Shown: positions 1 to 9,603, numbered from the stretch's first letter. The stretch: 64,000 nucleotides of DNA from Smithellaceae bacterium (GCA_963667845.2 CAXXVL010000002.1:2208001-2272000); one strand, 5' to 3'. Notes: generated by a model not told the origin, from the sequence alone. Translations and numbers: made by a program.

Positions 1-168
1 CGCAAGGATAAGCCAGGGCATCGTATCACCGCAGGTCGTCGCTATGGTAGTTTCATCCCCCTGATGAGTTACATATGTTCTACTATTGTCTTCTCTATTC
101 CATACGGATAAATGTGTGGGCAATGAATGACTGGTACTTTTTCCTCTTGAATTAACGTCAGCGAAGGT

Positions 169-1398
169 GTGGATATGAACAATGATCATTTAGAAGGTAG
201 AAGGGAGACGTCGTCCAATCGTCCGGACCAGAGGTATCACTGGCATTTCCAAAATGATTCCGAGGCCGGCGATGGCGGACAGCGAAACCCGTCGCGTCAT
301 CACGCGCGCTATCTCAATACAGGCGAACTGGAACAGCTGGTCGGGGACCGGACGCTTGATTTTCAGCAGACTCATTCTGAAGACAACGCATTAAAAGAAC
401 AGCCCGGGGCTGAAAATATTTACTTTCGCCATAAGAGTAAAACACAAAATATATTTGACGATATTATCGGGCAAAGTGATGGCCTCAAGTACGTTCTTTA
501 CCGGGCAAAGCAAGTTGCTCCGCTCAACACAACCGTCCTCATCCTGGGTGAAACCGGTACGGGGAAGGAACTGATCGCTTCCGCCATCCACCGTATGAGC
601 CCCCGCAGGGAAAGGCCATTGCTCACAGTCAACTGTGCCGCTCTGCCCGCCAATTTAATTGAAAGCGAATTGTTCGGCCGCGAGAAGGGCGCCTTTACCG
701 GAGCCGATGTCCGCAGGGAAGGCCGATTCGAGGTTGCTGACGGTTCCACGCTCTGCCTGGACGAGATCGGGGAGCTGCCGCTGGAAATGCAGGGAAAACT
801 GTTGAGGGTGATTCAGCACAACGAATTTGAGCGCCTGGGCTCTGCCCGTACGATCAAGGTCGATGTGCGGATCATAGCAACAACCAATCGAGACCTCGAT
901 GAAGAGGTCCGCCTGGGCCGGTTCCGGCAGGATCTTTACTATCGGCTGAATGTTTTCCCCATCACCATCCCACCCCTGAGACAGCGCAAAGATGACATTC
1001 CTCTGCTGGCCCAGGCTTTCCTGGAAAGGTACGCCGATAAATTGGGCAAACAAATCTCGTCAATCCACATGGAGATGATGAAGGCTCTGCAGGAGTATGC
1101 GTGGCCGGGAAATGTCCGGGAGTTGGAAAGCATCGTTGAACGGGCAGTGATTTTGTGTCCCGGGCCGGTTTTGCATCTGATCGATAAACTGGAGATTTCA
1201 TCCGCGATTATCTCATCCGTCGTGAGGACTTTGGCGGAGATTGAGCGAAACCATATTTTAAAAATCCTTTCGGAAACCGGGTGGCGGATTGAGGGGAATC
1301 AAGGCGCCGCAACGATCCTGGGCATTCGTCCGAGTACTTTAAGGGCGAGGATGCTTAAGCTTGGGGTAGCCCGGCCGGATGTTTCTTCTCGGGCATAA
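169..1398 (+). CDS. sigma54-dependent Fis-family enhancer-binding protein (AAA+ and HTH) with no recognisable sensor/receiver domain
   Basis: Walker [21 protein letters not shown] loop, [29 protein letters not shown]-terminal HTH GAATILGIRPSTLRARM. Start could be ATG 175. Confidence 0.93.
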   Translation: MDMNNDHLEGRRETSSNRPDQRYHWHFQNDSEAGDGGQRNPSRHHARYLNTGELEQLVGDRTLDFQQTHSEDNALKEQPGAENIYFRHKSKTQNIFDDIIGQSDGLKYVLYRAKQVAPLNTTVLILGETGTGKELIASAIHRMSPRRERPLLTVNCAALPANLIESELFGREKGAFTGADVRREGRFEVADGSTLCLDEIGELPLEMQGKLLRVIQHNEFERLGSARTIKVDVRIIATTNRDLDEEVRLGRFRQDLYYRLNVFPITIPPLRQRKDDIPLLAQAFLERYADKLGKQISSIHMEMMKALQEYAWPGNVRELESIVERAVILCPGPVLHLIDKLEISSAIISSVVRTLAEIERNHILKILSETGWRIEGNQGAATILGIRPSTLRARMLKLGVARPDVSSRA

Positions 1399-1532
1399 AT
1401 CCTGATCCTTTCTGGGAGCTGTGTTTCATAAAGCCGTTTATCGGCTTTCCGATTCGAAAGGGTGGTGAACAGGACCATGCCGATCGGCGCTCCTGTCTGA
1501 GACCGGAGTGCCGCCTTACTTTAGCGTTCGTC

Positions 1533-1892
1533 TTACTTATTCTCTTTATCCAGCTTAGCCGCAGCTTCCGTCGTGGACACGGTTTTGCTCATAAAAAACA
1601 GCTTGACGATGCCCCAGGCAATCAAAAGGAAGACGAACATGGCGAGCAAGGTGGTCCATTCAAAAGTGCCGCTTTCGACCTTTGTGGCATTAAAGACCTT
1701 GAGAAACGGTGCCGCAAAAGGATAGCTGACTGCGTAAATAAATCTGCTGAACCCGGCCTGCGGGTTGGCGGCAAGCAGTTTTAAAAAAAACCGAAAAGCC
1801 AGCAGCACTTCGATGAGACCCAGAATGTACCAGACAGCCTGCGTGCCGCGGTACAATGGTTTGGTCGTGGGTGAGGTGTATGACGAATCCAT
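1533..1892 (-). CDS. YggT-family membrane protein
   Basis: 119 aa with two hydrophobic segments; LLAFRFFLKLLAANPQAGFSRFIYAVSYPFAAPF pattern; GGAG RBS. Confidence 0.75.
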   Translation of the reverse strand: MDSSYTSPTTKPLYRGTQAVWYILGLIEVLLAFRFFLKLLAANPQAGFSRFIYAVSYPFAAPFLKVFNATKVESGTFEWTTLLAMFVFLLIAWGIVKLFFMSKTVSTTEAAAKLDKENK

Positions 1893-2003
1893 ATATTTTC
1901 ATCTCCATCTTTCATTTTGTTGAACGTCTGTGACAACTTCCTACGCTTCTCAGAATAAATCTCTGATTCGCATCATAAAATGATCATGCAATTGTAATGG
2001 TGC

Positions 2004-2020
2004 AGCAAGTAGCCTGCCAA
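2004..2020 (-). promoter_or_regulatory. sigma54 -24/-12 promoter P1 (upstream of YggT gene)
   Basis: Minus strand reads TTGGCAGGCTACTTGCT (GG-N10-GC). Confidence 0.85.
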
Positions 2021-2118
2021 TAGTCACAGGAGAGTCGGAATTTTAGATTGATCCTTTAATAACAGGGCATTGGATTGAAACGAGAGAAAAACAGAAAAGT
2101 GTGAAATGATTCTTTTGG

Positions 2119-2152
2119 CCTCAATATCTGGCGGAACCTCAGTATATTGCGG
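2119..2152. promoter_or_regulatory. tandem palindromic enhancer (UAS) for P1
   Basis: CCTCAATATCTGGCGG-AA-CCTCAGTATATTGCGG, starting 99 bp from the promoter's upstream edge; same motif at three other sigma54 promoters. Confidence 0.8.
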
Positions 2153-2301
2153 GACGCAGGGGATTGCACATTCCATCTATGGCAGCGATCAAGAAAACGA
2201 TTTCTCAGCTCTTTATCGAAAATATATTGAGCATGGCACCCCAATAGTGCATCCATTGGTTAGATAATCAGGCTCTCTCGTTTTTTGTCGAGAGTAAATC
2301 A

Positions 2302-3852
2302 TTAGATTCTTTCTGGCAATTTGCTGTGAACGAAATCGTAAAAGTGATGATACTGAGCAAGAAAGCTGAATGCCCGCCTCATCTGCCCGGGATTGACCTT
2401 CCCCGTTTCGATCACGGTTTTGAAAAAAACTTTCCGCTCCGCAGGCGCTGCCAGGAACAGAAAGTATATAAACATTCTTATGCCATGGGAAAATTGTCTG
2501 CGGTCAAATTTTTTATGAACGTACAAAACGTTTTGGTATTCCACTTGCCCGAGCCAGCCTTGCAGCCTTGTGTGGAAAGTATCCGGATCGTATATCTTCT
2601 TAAACAGCTCGCAGTAATGGCTCAAGAGAGCTTCGCGGCTTAGCTGCTTGGGAATAATGTTTGTATCCAGCTGCCATTCACCGGAAAAATCGTCGCCGAC
2701 AAGACGATTCTCTTTTTCCAGGCGCTGATAGAGAGGCGTATTTCTCGGCGCGTTGAGCAGGCTGATGCCGGCAATCGGGCTGTTGGTGCGTGTGATAAAA
2801 TCGTCGAGTTCGGCAAAGACGCTTTCATCATCATGATCGAAACCGACGATCATTCCCAGAAACGGCATAATGCCGTAACTGGAGATCCTCTTGATCCGCT
2901 CGAAAATGTCGAATCTCAAATTAAGATATTTTTTTACTTCTTCCAGACTTTTGCGCCGCACGGTCTCGACGCCGAGAAACAAAACGGAAAAGCGGGCGTC
3001 AGCGCACATCCGCAGCAGTTGTTCGTCATCTGCAATTTCCACCGTGATCTGCGTGGAAAAGGAAAGCGGACGGGTTTGGGCTGTGTTCCATTCAATGATT
3101 GCGGCAAGCAGCTTCCGGGCAAAAATTTTGTTTGCCAGGAAATTATCATCAGAGAAAAAAACAGTCCGGGCTCCCATGGCGTGAGCGTTTCCCACTTCCA
3201 GCATGACCTGTTCTATTGATTTGGTGCGCGGCTTTCTGCCCATGTACTGAGTGACATCACAAAACTCGCAATGATTGGGACAACCCCGGCCGGTCTGCAC
3301 GCTAATATTGATGTAATCCTTCACATCAATCAGAGACCAATCGGGCGCCGGGCTGTCTTTCAAGTCGATGTAGGTCTTTTGATGATAAACGGGCCGCGCG
3401 CATTTTTTAGCCCATTGATGAAGAAATACAGGCCACGTATATTCCGCCTCACCGATAAAATGATAATTTGCGAGCCCCGTGCATTGATCGTGGTTGATGC
3501 TGGCATAAGCGCCGCCCAGAGCGGTTTCCACTCCGTTCTTTCGAAATCCGTCGCAAAGTTCGTGTATCCTCTTTTTGTGCAGTGTCGATCCGGTGATCAC
3601 GGCCAGATCACATGGCATATTCCAGTCCAGTTCAGATACGTTTTCATCACACAGGACATATTCCACGTTTATTCCGGGCGGCGTCAGAGCCATCAGCGTT
3701 GGTAACGCGGCATTGGGCATGAGTGTTTTGGCACCAAGAAGCGCGGCTGTTCCCTGCATGGACCAGAAGTTTTCCGGATGCCGGGGTGCAATAAGGTATA
3801 TTCGTTTGAACGGATTGCCGATGCCGTAGCGCTTTGTTTTCATATCATTCAT
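2302..3852 (-). CDS. B12-binding radical SAM protein (DUF4070-type)
   Basis: GRGCPNHCEFC (CxxxCxxC), N-terminal B12-binding-like region (ALGGAYAS, FIGEAE), FFSDDNF, IVGFDHD. Confidence 0.88.
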   Translation of the reverse strand: MNDMKTKRYGIGNPFKRIYLIAPRHPENFWSMQGTAALLGAKTLMPNAALPTLMALTPPGINVEYVLCDENVSELDWNMPCDLAVITGSTLHKKRIHELCDGFRKNGVETALGGAYASINHDQCTGLANYHFIGEAEYTWPVFLHQWAKKCARPVYHQKTYIDLKDSPAPDWSLIDVKDYINISVQTGRGCPNHCEFCDVTQYMGRKPRTKSIEQVMLEVGNAHAMGARTVFFSDDNFLANKIFARKLLAAIIEWNTAQTRPLSFSTQITVEIADDEQLLRMCADARFSVLFLGVETVRRKSLEEVKKYLNLRFDIFERIKRISSYGIMPFLGMIVGFDHDDESVFAELDDFITRTNSPIAGISLLNAPRNTPLYQRLEKENRLVGDDFSGEWQLDTNIIPKQLSREALLSHYCELFKKIYDPDTFHTRLQGWLGQVEYQNVLYVHKKFDRRQFSHGIRMFIYFLFLAAPAERKVFFKTVIETGKVNPGQMRRAFSFLAQYHHFYDFVHSKLPERI

Positions 3853-4094
3853 TGTCCTTTAAGAGTGGTTCTCGCATACGGCAGCGCTTTGCGGCGCGCA
3901 CCGTCTTGCCACCCTTTTCACAGGGGATAACATTCCAGGGCTGCCTGAGCCGAATGTAACGACCGGATTCCCTTCTCACCCATCAGGTTGCGTCGACCGC
4001 TTTGTGGGCCGTCAGATGCGCTGTGCCACGGTATCGATTCAAATAAGAACATTTTCAGAAAACTCCAATTTAGCGGAGAGTTTGAGTGCTTATG

Positions 4095-4154
4095 TTACAT
4101 ACCCGTTTCCTCGGGATCATTCTGATGATGCTCGGAGGACTTCGTAAGAAGGGC
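4095..4154. repeat. 60-bp direct repeat, copy A
   Basis: 56/60 identical to 6234-6293 by manual alignment. Confidence 0.9.
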
Positions 4155-4251
4155 AAGGAAAATGATTCAATTGAGCGTAAAGAAAGGAACAGGCTGAATT
4201 TTGAACGCAACCTGCCCCTTTCTTTTATCTTGCCTTCACGCCACTCATGCC

Positions 4252-5445
4252 TTACGGGAGAGGCACGGTGACCGTTGCAAACTGATTCACGGTAACCGCG
4301 GCGCCTGCAAACAATCTGCCTTCCACATCCGTCAGCGGTGACGGACTTACACCATTAAGGACAGTGATTGCCGCTGAATTGGCAATGACGGTGCCCTTGA
4401 AGTTTGAACTCACGCCAAGAGTTGCGGCAGAGCCGGCTATCCAAAACACGTTCTTGGCTTTCGCCTGATTGGCCAGAACAACTATGCTGTTGGATGCGGT
4501 TGTGAGTGCTGAGTTCGTCTGGAAGATGAAAACGGCACTGGCATCGCCCTGGGCGTCGAGGGTGATCGTACCGGTGAACCCGATCGGATCTGCGGTGCGA
4601 TATAGTCCTGGTCTATAGGTGGGGCCCGGCGTAAAGCCATCGCATACTGCCTGTGCCGCGGATATATCTGACGGGCTTGAAAGAGTGCAGGCGCCGGTTG
4701 CCCGGATCGAAGCCTCGGCGTACGCAGTCTGGAAATCGGTTTGTGCCTTCACTGCCAGAGCACCGCCGTTATTGATTACCCCGTTTTTCACGGTCGTACC
4801 CACAACACAGTTGTTGCATGCAGCAGCGGGATTAAGCCCGACATTCCCGTTAACCAATGAATTAACTGCGAGGGTGACCGAGGCGTTGCTGGCAAAAATG
4901 CCGTAGGTGCCGGCAGTTCCAAGATTTACCGGCGCCTGGCCCGCGGCTAAGGACGTTCCTGTCTTAAATTCCCATTTATAGCTGCAGCCAAGTGATGTGC
5001 CCCCGGCATTCTTAGCGTACTTGGTAATAATCGCAGTATACCAACTATCGCCATTTAGAGCTGCGTCGGGCGTAAAGGTCGCGACCGTATTTGACAAACT
5101 CATGGCGACGGTACCTTTTGTGTTGGTTGCTTCGTTATTATCCCTGAGCGTAAACGTGAGTACCTCCGGGTTTGTGGAATTGGTTACTACGATCGTTGTC
5201 GGATCCATCGCCTCACTGAAGTTAACTGTGATCACTTTGCTTCTCGACACACCCTCATCGTTATTAGTCGGATTTGACGAAAGAACCTTGGGTCCCGCTT
5301 CAGTACATGTGCCGGGGAGAACATTGTCGCTCAGGGCTCTTGCCAGCGCCGCCTCATCACTACCACCGCATCCTGTAATGAACCAAACCCCCAAGATTAA
5401 CATAACGACTGCAACATAAACCTGCCTGGTCTTAAATCTTTTCAT
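4252..5445 (-). CDS. lipoprotein with Ig-like (Big_5/SbsA-type) domain and DUF3494 ice-binding-type domain
   Basis: Lipobox FITG-C; ITVNFSEAMDPTT Ig motif; PVNLGTAGTYGIFA, PGLY, ITLDAQGDASAVFIFQ, AKNVFWIAGSAATLG, VEGRLFA. Confidence 0.88.
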   Translation of the reverse strand: MKRFKTRQVYVAVVMLILGVWFITGCGGSDEAALARALSDNVLPGTCTEAGPKVLSSNPTNNDEGVSRSKVITVNFSEAMDPTTIVVTNSTNPEVLTFTLRDNNEATNTKGTVAMSLSNTVATFTPDAALNGDSWYTAIITKYAKNAGGTSLGCSYKWEFKTGTSLAAGQAPVNLGTAGTYGIFASNASVTLAVNSLVNGNVGLNPAAACNNCVVGTTVKNGVINNGGALAVKAQTDFQTAYAEASIRATGACTLSSPSDISAAQAVCDGFTPGPTYRPGLYRTADPIGFTGTITLDAQGDASAVFIFQTNSALTTASNSIVVLANQAKAKNVFWIAGSAATLGVSSNFKGTVIANSAAITVLNGVSPSPLTDVEGRLFAGAAVTVNQFATVTVPLP

Positions 5446-5617
5446 GTGTTCTCCTTTTCAATATTATTAAATTAATGATTGTTTATGAAGAGCCTTCTAC
5501 TACTTACTTTGCGCCTCATTACCTCTTTAAAAAATTTCCTGCCTCTTGCTTTAGGGATACTTCCTTGCCGGGTAGAATCTTTTTTGCGTGAGATGGCCGG
5601 AGGCAAAAAATGTTAAT

Positions 5618-5634
5618 TGCAATCGACCTGCCAA
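5618..5634 (-). promoter_or_regulatory. sigma54 -24/-12 promoter P2 (upstream of first ice-binding gene)
   Basis: Minus strand reads TTGGCAGGTCGATTGCA. Confidence 0.85.
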
Positions 5635-5731
5635 TAAGTGATGGAGAATCATAAACTTAGTTTATCCTATAATAACGATGAGATTCATGGGTAGAACAGC
5701 GTAATATAGAAGCAGGGAATAACCTGTTGGG

Positions 5732-5765
5732 CCTCAGTATTTGGTGGAACCTCAGTATGCTGAGG
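5732..5765. promoter_or_regulatory. tandem palindromic enhancer (UAS) for P2
   Basis: CCTCAGTATTTGGTGG-AA-CCTCAGTATGCTGAGG, 98 bp from the promoter edge. Confidence 0.82.
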
Positions 5766-6233
5766 GGTATATTGAATGTGGTGGACGTCCCGTCTGCATG
5801 ATGACGAGTTCACACGAGTCTTCAGCGCTTCTCGGCGGGACTGGACGAGGCGGATCGTGGGCACCGATAGGACCATACTCATTAGTGCCAGGAACCGTCT
5901 CCGGAAGATAATCTAAAGGAAGACAACCGGCGTCTTTAATGGTTCTTGATAGCAGGGAAGGAAGCCTCACAAATCATTCAGCAAAGGAACGACTAATGCT
6001 CCACCGAAGAGCTTCGGCACACTCCGGCTTTCAGCCACAACACAGGCGAGGCGAAACAGCGATGATCACCGCTAATGTTACGTTTGTCGCTGATATCATA
6101 ATCGGCGCCGGGCGCTTCTTTAACTAAAGCCGATATCTTCAGCTTTCCTCTTTGTGGAACCAGGCATTGAATCAATCGTCTGTGACAAATTCGTGATGCT
6201 GAATGCTATGCCATTCCGATAACGGGATTTTCT

Positions 6234-6293
6234 TTACATACCCGTTTCCTGGAGATCATTCTGATGATGCTCGGAAGACATCGTAAGAAGGGC
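6234..6293. repeat. 60-bp direct repeat, copy B (3' end of the 60-aa ORF)
   Basis: 56/60 identical to 4095-4154. Confidence 0.9.
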
Positions 6294-6416
6294 GATAAAT
6301 CGCGGTTTGTATTCGATGCTCTGCAGATTGCCGGCAATAGTCCGGTTGAAAAAGCTCTCAATGTTTGTCTGAATCTGCTGCCACGCTTGATCTGAGTTCT
6401 GTTGATCCATGGTCAT
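6234..6416 (-). CDS. small hypothetical protein (60 aa)
   Basis: GGGAGG RBS just upstream; co-oriented with neighbours; no recognisable domain. Confidence 0.45.
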   Translation of the reverse strand: MTMDQQNSDQAWQQIQTNIESFFNRTIAGNLQSIEYKPRFIALLTMSSEHHQNDLQETGM

Positions 6417-6431
6417 TGCCTCCCATTTTTG

Positions 6432-6530
6432 AATCCCGCTTAAGCGGGGCGAGCGTTAATTCCCTGTCGCTTGCTGCGATATAATAACTTTCATTTCATA
6501 CCTCGACAGCCTGCTGCGAGGTGGTTGATT
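6432..6530 (+). repeat. ~100-bp dispersed palindromic repeat (REP/MITE-like), copy 1
   Basis: AATCCCGC..GCGGG.CGAGCGTTAATTCCCTGTCGCTTGCTGCG...CCTCGACAGC.TGCTGCGAGGTGGTTGATT; five more copies in the window. Confidence 0.9.
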
Positions 6531-6556
6531 GAAGATGATAGTTGTTTCGGGTTTTT

Positions 6557-8890
6557 TTACCTCGATTTTTCGAGATCCTTTTCTGCCGGATTAACTTTTT
6601 CTCTCTCGGCGGGTTGATGGGGCTTTTCCGGTTGAGCCGGTTTTACCGGCGCCACGCGCTCGGGACGGGCAGCGGGCTGCTCTGGCCGTGCAGGTGGTTG
6701 CGCAGGGATCACGCGCTCGGGTCTTGCGGGTTGGGGAAGCCGCTCCTGCGGAGGTGGTTTTACCGGCGCCACGCGCTCGGGACGGGCAGCGGGTTGCTCT
6801 GGCCGCGCAGGTGGTTGCGCAGGGATCACCCGTTCCGGTCGTGCGGGTTGGGGGAGCCGCTCCTGCGGAGGTGGTTTTACCGGCGCCACGCGTTCGGGAC
6901 GGGCAGCGGGTTGCTCTGGCCGCGCAGGTGGTTGCGCAGGGATCACCCGTTCGGGTCTCGCGGGTTGGGGAAGCCGCTCCTGCGGAGGTGGTTTTACCGG
7001 CGCCACGCGTTCGGGACGGGCAGCGGGTTGCTCTGGCCGCGCAGGTGGTTGCGCAGGGATCACCCGTTCGGGTCTCGCGGGTTGGGGAAGCCGCTCCTGC
7101 GGAGGTGGTTTTACCGGCGTTACGCGTTCAGGACGTGCAGCGGGTTGCTCTGGCCGCGCAGGTGGTTGCGCAGGGATCACCCGTTCGGGTCTCGCGGGTT
7201 GGGGAAGCCGCTCCTGCGGAGGTGGTTTTACCGGCGTTACGCGTTCAGGACGTGCAGCCGGTTCATCAGGCCGCACAGGTTGTGCAGGACTCACTTGCCG
7301 TGGTCCTGCGGGTTGGCTTGGCTTTCCTCCGGTTTTGATCTCTCGTTGTTGAAGTTTTATTTCCGCTTTCGGCCGGTTCACTTCATTGGCCGGTACGATA
7401 TAGTTTGTGCTTTTGGGCGTTTCGATACGGACGTCGCCTTTGACCTTTCCTTCCGGAAGACGATTGACTCGTTCCCGGACCGCAACAGCATTATCTTTCC
7501 TGCCCTTTTCAATAACGGGTGCGTTTTTCTCGATCCGGTTGATCACCGTATTGTGGGGCTTTTCCTGTGCGGCTCTGTTGGTGAAAGTGTAGCGCTCTTT
7601 GTTTGTTGTGTAATTGTTGATCACAGTATTATTGACGACCGGTGCCGCGCGATAGTTGTTGATGATCGTGGTGGAGTTTATGTTGGTCACCCGGACATTC
7701 CTGTAATTATTCTCGCGATAGAAATTTTCGCGCGGTACGACGACCGCATGCCCCGCGTAAGCGTAGCTCCTGATATTGATATTAATGCGGGTGACGTTGA
7801 CATTGGTGACGACCACTTCATGGGGGCCTCCCCAGTTGCGGTGGCTGTAATACGTTTCACGAGGCGCCAGAGGCACCCATCCCACATAATTGTCATGATG
7901 AATCCAGGAAACTCTTCCGGGAGACCAGAAAAAACCAATGGCCAGAAGGGGAAGGCCCACACGCACGCTCACCACCGGCGGCGCCCAGTACCAGGAATTC
8001 CGTGTATAGATCCAGTTGCCGTAATGGTGCGTGATGTATCCGAAGGGCTCTGCGGGGATCCATACCTGATCGCCGTTCCAGTCGGTCCAGCGGCCGGCGG
8101 TGAACGGTGACCATCCCACGGTTATGGTGGTGGGCCGCCAGAACCAGCGCGGTGAACCTTCATAGGGGACGCTTTCCCATCTGCCGTTTTCTTCGAGGGC
8201 GTACGACTCGTCGCGGAGGTCGGGTGGAAGATATTCGGCCGAGCGGCCACGCATCCTTGCTTTCGCTGCCCAGAAGTTTTCACGGGTCCTGTTCCAGGCG
8301 TTCCAGTCGGGATCAACCGTTGTGTCGCCTGATGATACCTGACTGGCGTCGGCGAGGATTGACGGGGAGCCGGCTGCGGCGTCATAGCGGGCGTCCGTTG
8401 CCGTATGGACGAAACTGACTTTTCCCTTTACCGCGATCACTTCGACTGAATTTTCACCCGCGTAAAAATCGAAGACCGTTCCGGGGTAAGCCAGGACGTA
8501 TCCGAAGGGGCACGTGACTTTAATAACCGTTTCGGAGCCTTTGTTATAGAAACGGGCCACGCCCTCGGCCACATCCATTTCGGACAAGTCGGAGTCGAGC
8601 GCAATGAACTGGATCTGTGTGCTTTGCCCGATCCTGATCCATGTCCCGTTGGGGATGATCATCTCCGCCATCCCTTGTTTGCCGGAGAAAAGTGCATCCT
8701 CTGTACCGAAGGGCGAGTCTTTGACCATGGGCACCCAATCCTTCTCCTCCGGAACGTAACGGAGCAGGTCGCCTTCGATAGCATATACGCGGCCCACCAT
8801 AATGGCCGGAGCGTTGGCGGCTGACGCTTGCACTGCTATTGTCAGCCCTGCAAGAAGCAAACAAACCATTAATTCAATCCATCTCTTCAT
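6557..8890 (-). CDS. secreted FecR-like/DUF6600-type protein with Pro-rich repetitive tail
   Basis: Signal peptide from MKRWIEL (ATG 8890); GWSPFTAGRW...EPFGYITHHYGNW...VGWVPLAPRE Trp-rich region; C-terminal 39-aa repeats. Confidence 0.8.
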   Translation of the reverse strand: MKRWIELMVCLLLAGLTIAVQASAANAPAIMVGRVYAIEGDLLRYVPEEKDWVPMVKDSPFGTEDALFSGKQGMAEMIIPNGTWIRIGQSTQIQFIALDSDLSEMDVAEGVARFYNKGSETVIKVTCPFGYVLAYPGTVFDFYAGENSVEVIAVKGKVSFVHTATDARYDAAAGSPSILADASQVSSGDTTVDPDWNAWNRTRENFWAAKARMRGRSAEYLPPDLRDESYALEENGRWESVPYEGSPRWFWRPTTITVGWSPFTAGRWTDWNGDQVWIPAEPFGYITHHYGNWIYTRNSWYWAPPVVSVRVGLPLLAIGFFWSPGRVSWIHHDNYVGWVPLAPRETYYSHRNWGGPHEVVVTNVNVTRININIRSYAYAGHAVVVPRENFYRENNYRNVRVTNINSTTIINNYRAAPVVNNTVINNYTTNKERYTFTNRAAQEKPHNTVINRIEKNAPVIEKGRKDNAVAVRERVNRLPEGKVKGDVRIETPKSTNYIVPANEVNRPKAEIKLQQREIKTGGKPSQPAGPRQVSPAQPVRPDEPAARPERVTPVKPPPQERLPQPARPERVIPAQPPARPEQPAARPERVTPVKPPPQERLPQPARPERVIPAQPPARPEQPAARPERVAPVKPPPQERLPQPARPERVIPAQPPARPEQPAARPERVAPVKPPPQERLPQPARPERVIPAQPPARPEQPAARPERVAPVKPPPQERLPQPARPERVIPAQPPARPEQPAARPERVAPVKPAQPEKPHQPAEREKVNPAEKDLEKSR
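6639..7262 (-). repeat. coding tandem repeat, 117-bp unit x ~5.3
   Basis: GGTTTTACCGGC recurs at 117-bp spacing (6639, 6756, ...); unit PAARPERV(A/T)PVKPPPQERLPQPARPERVIPAQPPARPEQ. Confidence 0.95.
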
Positions 8891-9356
8891 CGTCTTTCTC
8901 CTTGTTTTCATCCACGCCGCATAGTTCCTGCTTTACCAGAAGAATAGAGCAGGGCATGGCTCTGATGATTTCGTCATTGCTTCCTCCGACCAGCAGGCGT
9001 TCCAGACGGCTTTCTTTGTGGCTGCGCAGGATCAGCAGATCAATATTTTCTTCCCCAATAAGCTTCAGGATCACTTCGGAAGGGATGCCTTCTCTGACCA
9101 ATTCTCTGATGACCATGTCCTTTTTATTTTCAATGCTGATCCTCTGATGCAGATCTTCTTTATTCTTTTCCATTTCCCGTTTGCGTTCCTGTTCCATGGA
9201 CATCATCGGAGTACTCCACCCCGTAAGCCAGGTCGTGTCGATAACGTGAACGACGGAAAGTTGGGCCTGATATTTTCCGGCGAGCGAAATTCCGAACTGT
9301 ACCGTTTTGCTGCAAGTTGGGGTCAACCAGCTGACCACAAGAATATGCTTGATCAT
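8874..9356 (-). CDS. universal stress protein (UspA family)
   Basis: IKHILVV...LSVVHVID...VREGIPSEVIL...IDLLIL...PCSILLVK. Confidence 0.88.
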   Translation of the reverse strand: MIKHILVVSWLTPTCSKTVQFGISLAGKYQAQLSVVHVIDTTWLTGWSTPMMSMEQERKREMEKNKEDLHQRISIENKKDMVIRELVREGIPSEVILKLIGEENIDLLILRSHKESRLERLLVGGSNDEIIRAMPCSILLVKQELCGVDENKEKDDEEMD

Positions 9357-9402
9357 ATCGGCGATCTGCCTCCTTCAAGAATTAATAATTTAATATCTGA
9401 CC

Positions 9403-9561
9403 TCAGGTTGCTTTGTAGTCGTACCGGTTCAAATCTGCCGGTCCGGCGTTTAAGGGGTCATCCACGTAGAATCGTTTTTGATATGAGTCATACGTGGCCC
9501 AGAGCCGTTTTACCGCTTCGTTAAATTCGATCATCTCCGCAGTAATTTGTTGTCGATCCAT
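9403..9561 (-). CDS. unannotated 52-aa microprotein (phasin-like N-terminus + copy of CTI C-terminus)
   Basis: Manual translation MDRQQITAEMIEFNEAVKRLWATYDSYQKRFYVDDPLNAGPADLNRYDYKAT*; AGGA RBS; fills the gap between cti and the USP gene. Confidence 0.55.
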   Translation of the reverse strand: MDRQQITAEMIEFNEAVKRLWATYDSYQKRFYVDDPLNAGPADLNRYDYKAT

Positions 9562-9603
9562 TTTCCTGTCTCATTTAGAAATCAGTTAATATCTTCACCA
9601 AAA

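Noticed and set aside
5446..5607. Riboswitch in the long leader of the first ice-binding gene
   Set aside because: No motif I can recognise; an Rfam scan would be needed.
5770..6230. Short ORFs 5752-5970, 5939-6127 and 5993-6175
   Set aside because: Mutually overlapping, no clear RBS or motifs, and one overlaps the enhancer; region left unexplained.
6639..7262. Possible CRISPR array
   Set aside because: Contiguous in-frame tandem units with no unique spacers; no cas genes in the window.
6542..8110. 522-aa plus-strand repetitive ORF (and 6688-7338)
   Set aside because: Antisense reading of the stop-free 117-bp repeat.
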